Assembly (NCBI GenBank): GCA_032718475.1
Contig: JAUCBJ010003693.1
Coordinates: 1-35,962, forward strand
Direction of reading: 5' to 3'
Length of the DNA: 35,962 bases
Origin: Nemertoderma westbladi
Taxonomy: Eukaryota; Animalia; Xenacoelomorpha
This document shows, one piece after another, positions 34,615 through 35,962 of this stretch (within the stretch, counting starts at the first letter, position 1; every line of letters starts with the position of its first letter). Below the pieces are notes generated by a model. It was not told the origin of the DNA and ran no database searches. It worked only from the letters and a program-made list of their open reading frames with translations. A program made the position numbers and the translations under genes.

Positions 34615-35690
34615 GTAATCTCGGATTGTATAGGGAGTAACAAGACAATTAATTAGATTGGTAATATTTAAAATTTGTATTCAGTGGTTTGTATTTTCTT
34701 TTATTTACTATTTACTAAAATCTTCTGGGATAGAGTGTAGAGTGTGTTACTTACTACAACAACAGTAATAATAAATGAATAACAAAATTCATGGGTCAAA
34801 CTAAAATATCTGAATTTACCTCAGTGGCCCCAAGAGTTGCCACAGGGAGACCTCTGTTGTGTAGGGACTGTGGGAAGTCCATAGCTACTACTGATAACTT
34901 CTGGATTATATTAACCCTTCCAGTAAACTTTTTGCCCACAAACTTCTTCACATCATCAGAGGGATCACCATGAACTGATTGTTGCCACGATCTTTATCCC
35001 TGTTTGCCAAACTGTTCCTCGGCTTCCTCCACAGACCCAGCTTTACCACCAGGGTTGGGTGCTGTACTCAATTGTGTAGCCTAGCTGCCTACTAGCAGGC
35101 ACACAAATACAAGTTTTTATTTATTTCTTTTATGTCGGAGAAAGTATTTATATATTTATTTTCAAAAAGAAAGTATTTATCATACTTTCTACTTTGAACT
35201 TTACTTGGGCTATAGGTGGACTGGTTACCAAATGTATATATTTTAAAGCACTTCGTTTGATTATTTGTGTAGATGAATATTACATAAATACTACACACAT
35301 ATTTTTAAATGATAAATTAAAATTAATTAATTTATAAAATATATTAATTATTAGGCGAAAGTTTCTTATGAGTGATGATTCATATGGGTGAAGGTTTATT
35401 CCCTACACCAGTGGCATCATATATCACAATGACGATACAAACCAATGTACAACTTATACGTACGATGTATGACTTAATATATTCTATGCAATGTTTAATT
35501 TTAGTTAAACTGCTCAATAATAATTGGGAACCAATCCTCTGATATAATACTTTTTCAGAATGTTTACTAATATTTAATATTTATATAGTATATGGCATTT
35601 TTATTGTCAATTAATGCCAATGCAAATTAGTATTTACTAATCTTTTCTAAGTAAATTAGTATTAATATTTAAATACATTTCTTATTTCAG

Positions 35691-35827
35691 ATTCATCAAA
35701 TAAAATTGTACTCATCCAAGTTGAGCCAAATAGAGAAGTTTTAGGAGTATTTGAAGTTAATACAGTGTTCCCTGTGGAAGGTGGCTGTGGAACACTACCA
35801 CCAGATGCAGATGCTGCTTACTTTGAG
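35691..35827 (+). CDS. Hemopexin-like copy 2, exon d (SSNKIVLIQVEPNREVLGVFEVNTVFPVEGGCGTLPPDADAAYFE)
   Basis: TTTCAG| acceptor and AG|GTGATT donor; 137 nt; paralogous to 13190-13326; not in the ORF track. Confidence 0.92.
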
Positions 35828-35962
35828 GTGATTTAAGGTTACAATAATTTATAGTTTTTGCACATCTTCTATGCCATATATATTTTCCATCCGAAATTAA
35901 GGAAGTTTTTTAAAGCACAGATCTCCAACCAGACACTATATAACATTGGAGGTACCTCATTA

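Overview
AT-rich eukaryotic (apparently invertebrate animal) genomic DNA; no prokaryotic operon, CRISPR array or rRNA is visible. The only host coding sequence I can support is a + strand spliced gene (or tandem gene pair) that the ORF track mostly misses. It encodes two divergent copies of a four-bladed hemopexin-like domain with matching exon structure. Copy 1 exons: 9492-9560, 11660-11819, 12819-13030, 13190-13326, 13573-13684. Copy 2 exons: 20115-20198, 31045-31204, 34397-34614, 35691-35827, continuing past the window end. Most of the rest is nested transposable elements. (1) A decayed APE-type LINE whose ORF1 is cleanly split by a 4.5-kb Helentron-like element, which itself carries a Helitron, a minisatellite and an intact Glu/Arg-rich ORF. 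(2) A tRNA-derived SINE. (3) RTE, CR1, CRE and Gypsy fragments. (4) A 1.46-kb foldback. (5) A nearly intact LINE whose ORF2 is broken only by a TTAA piggyBac-type MITE. (6) A composite TIR-bounded element containing a Crypton-like tyrosine recombinase split by an antisense WD40 fragment. I cannot demonstrate a new biological system from sequence alone. The best leads are the tandem hemopexin-like protein, the cargo-carrying X-box-rich rolling-circle element, and the composite Crypton/WD40 element. All family assignments come from motifs read by eye, not from database searches.
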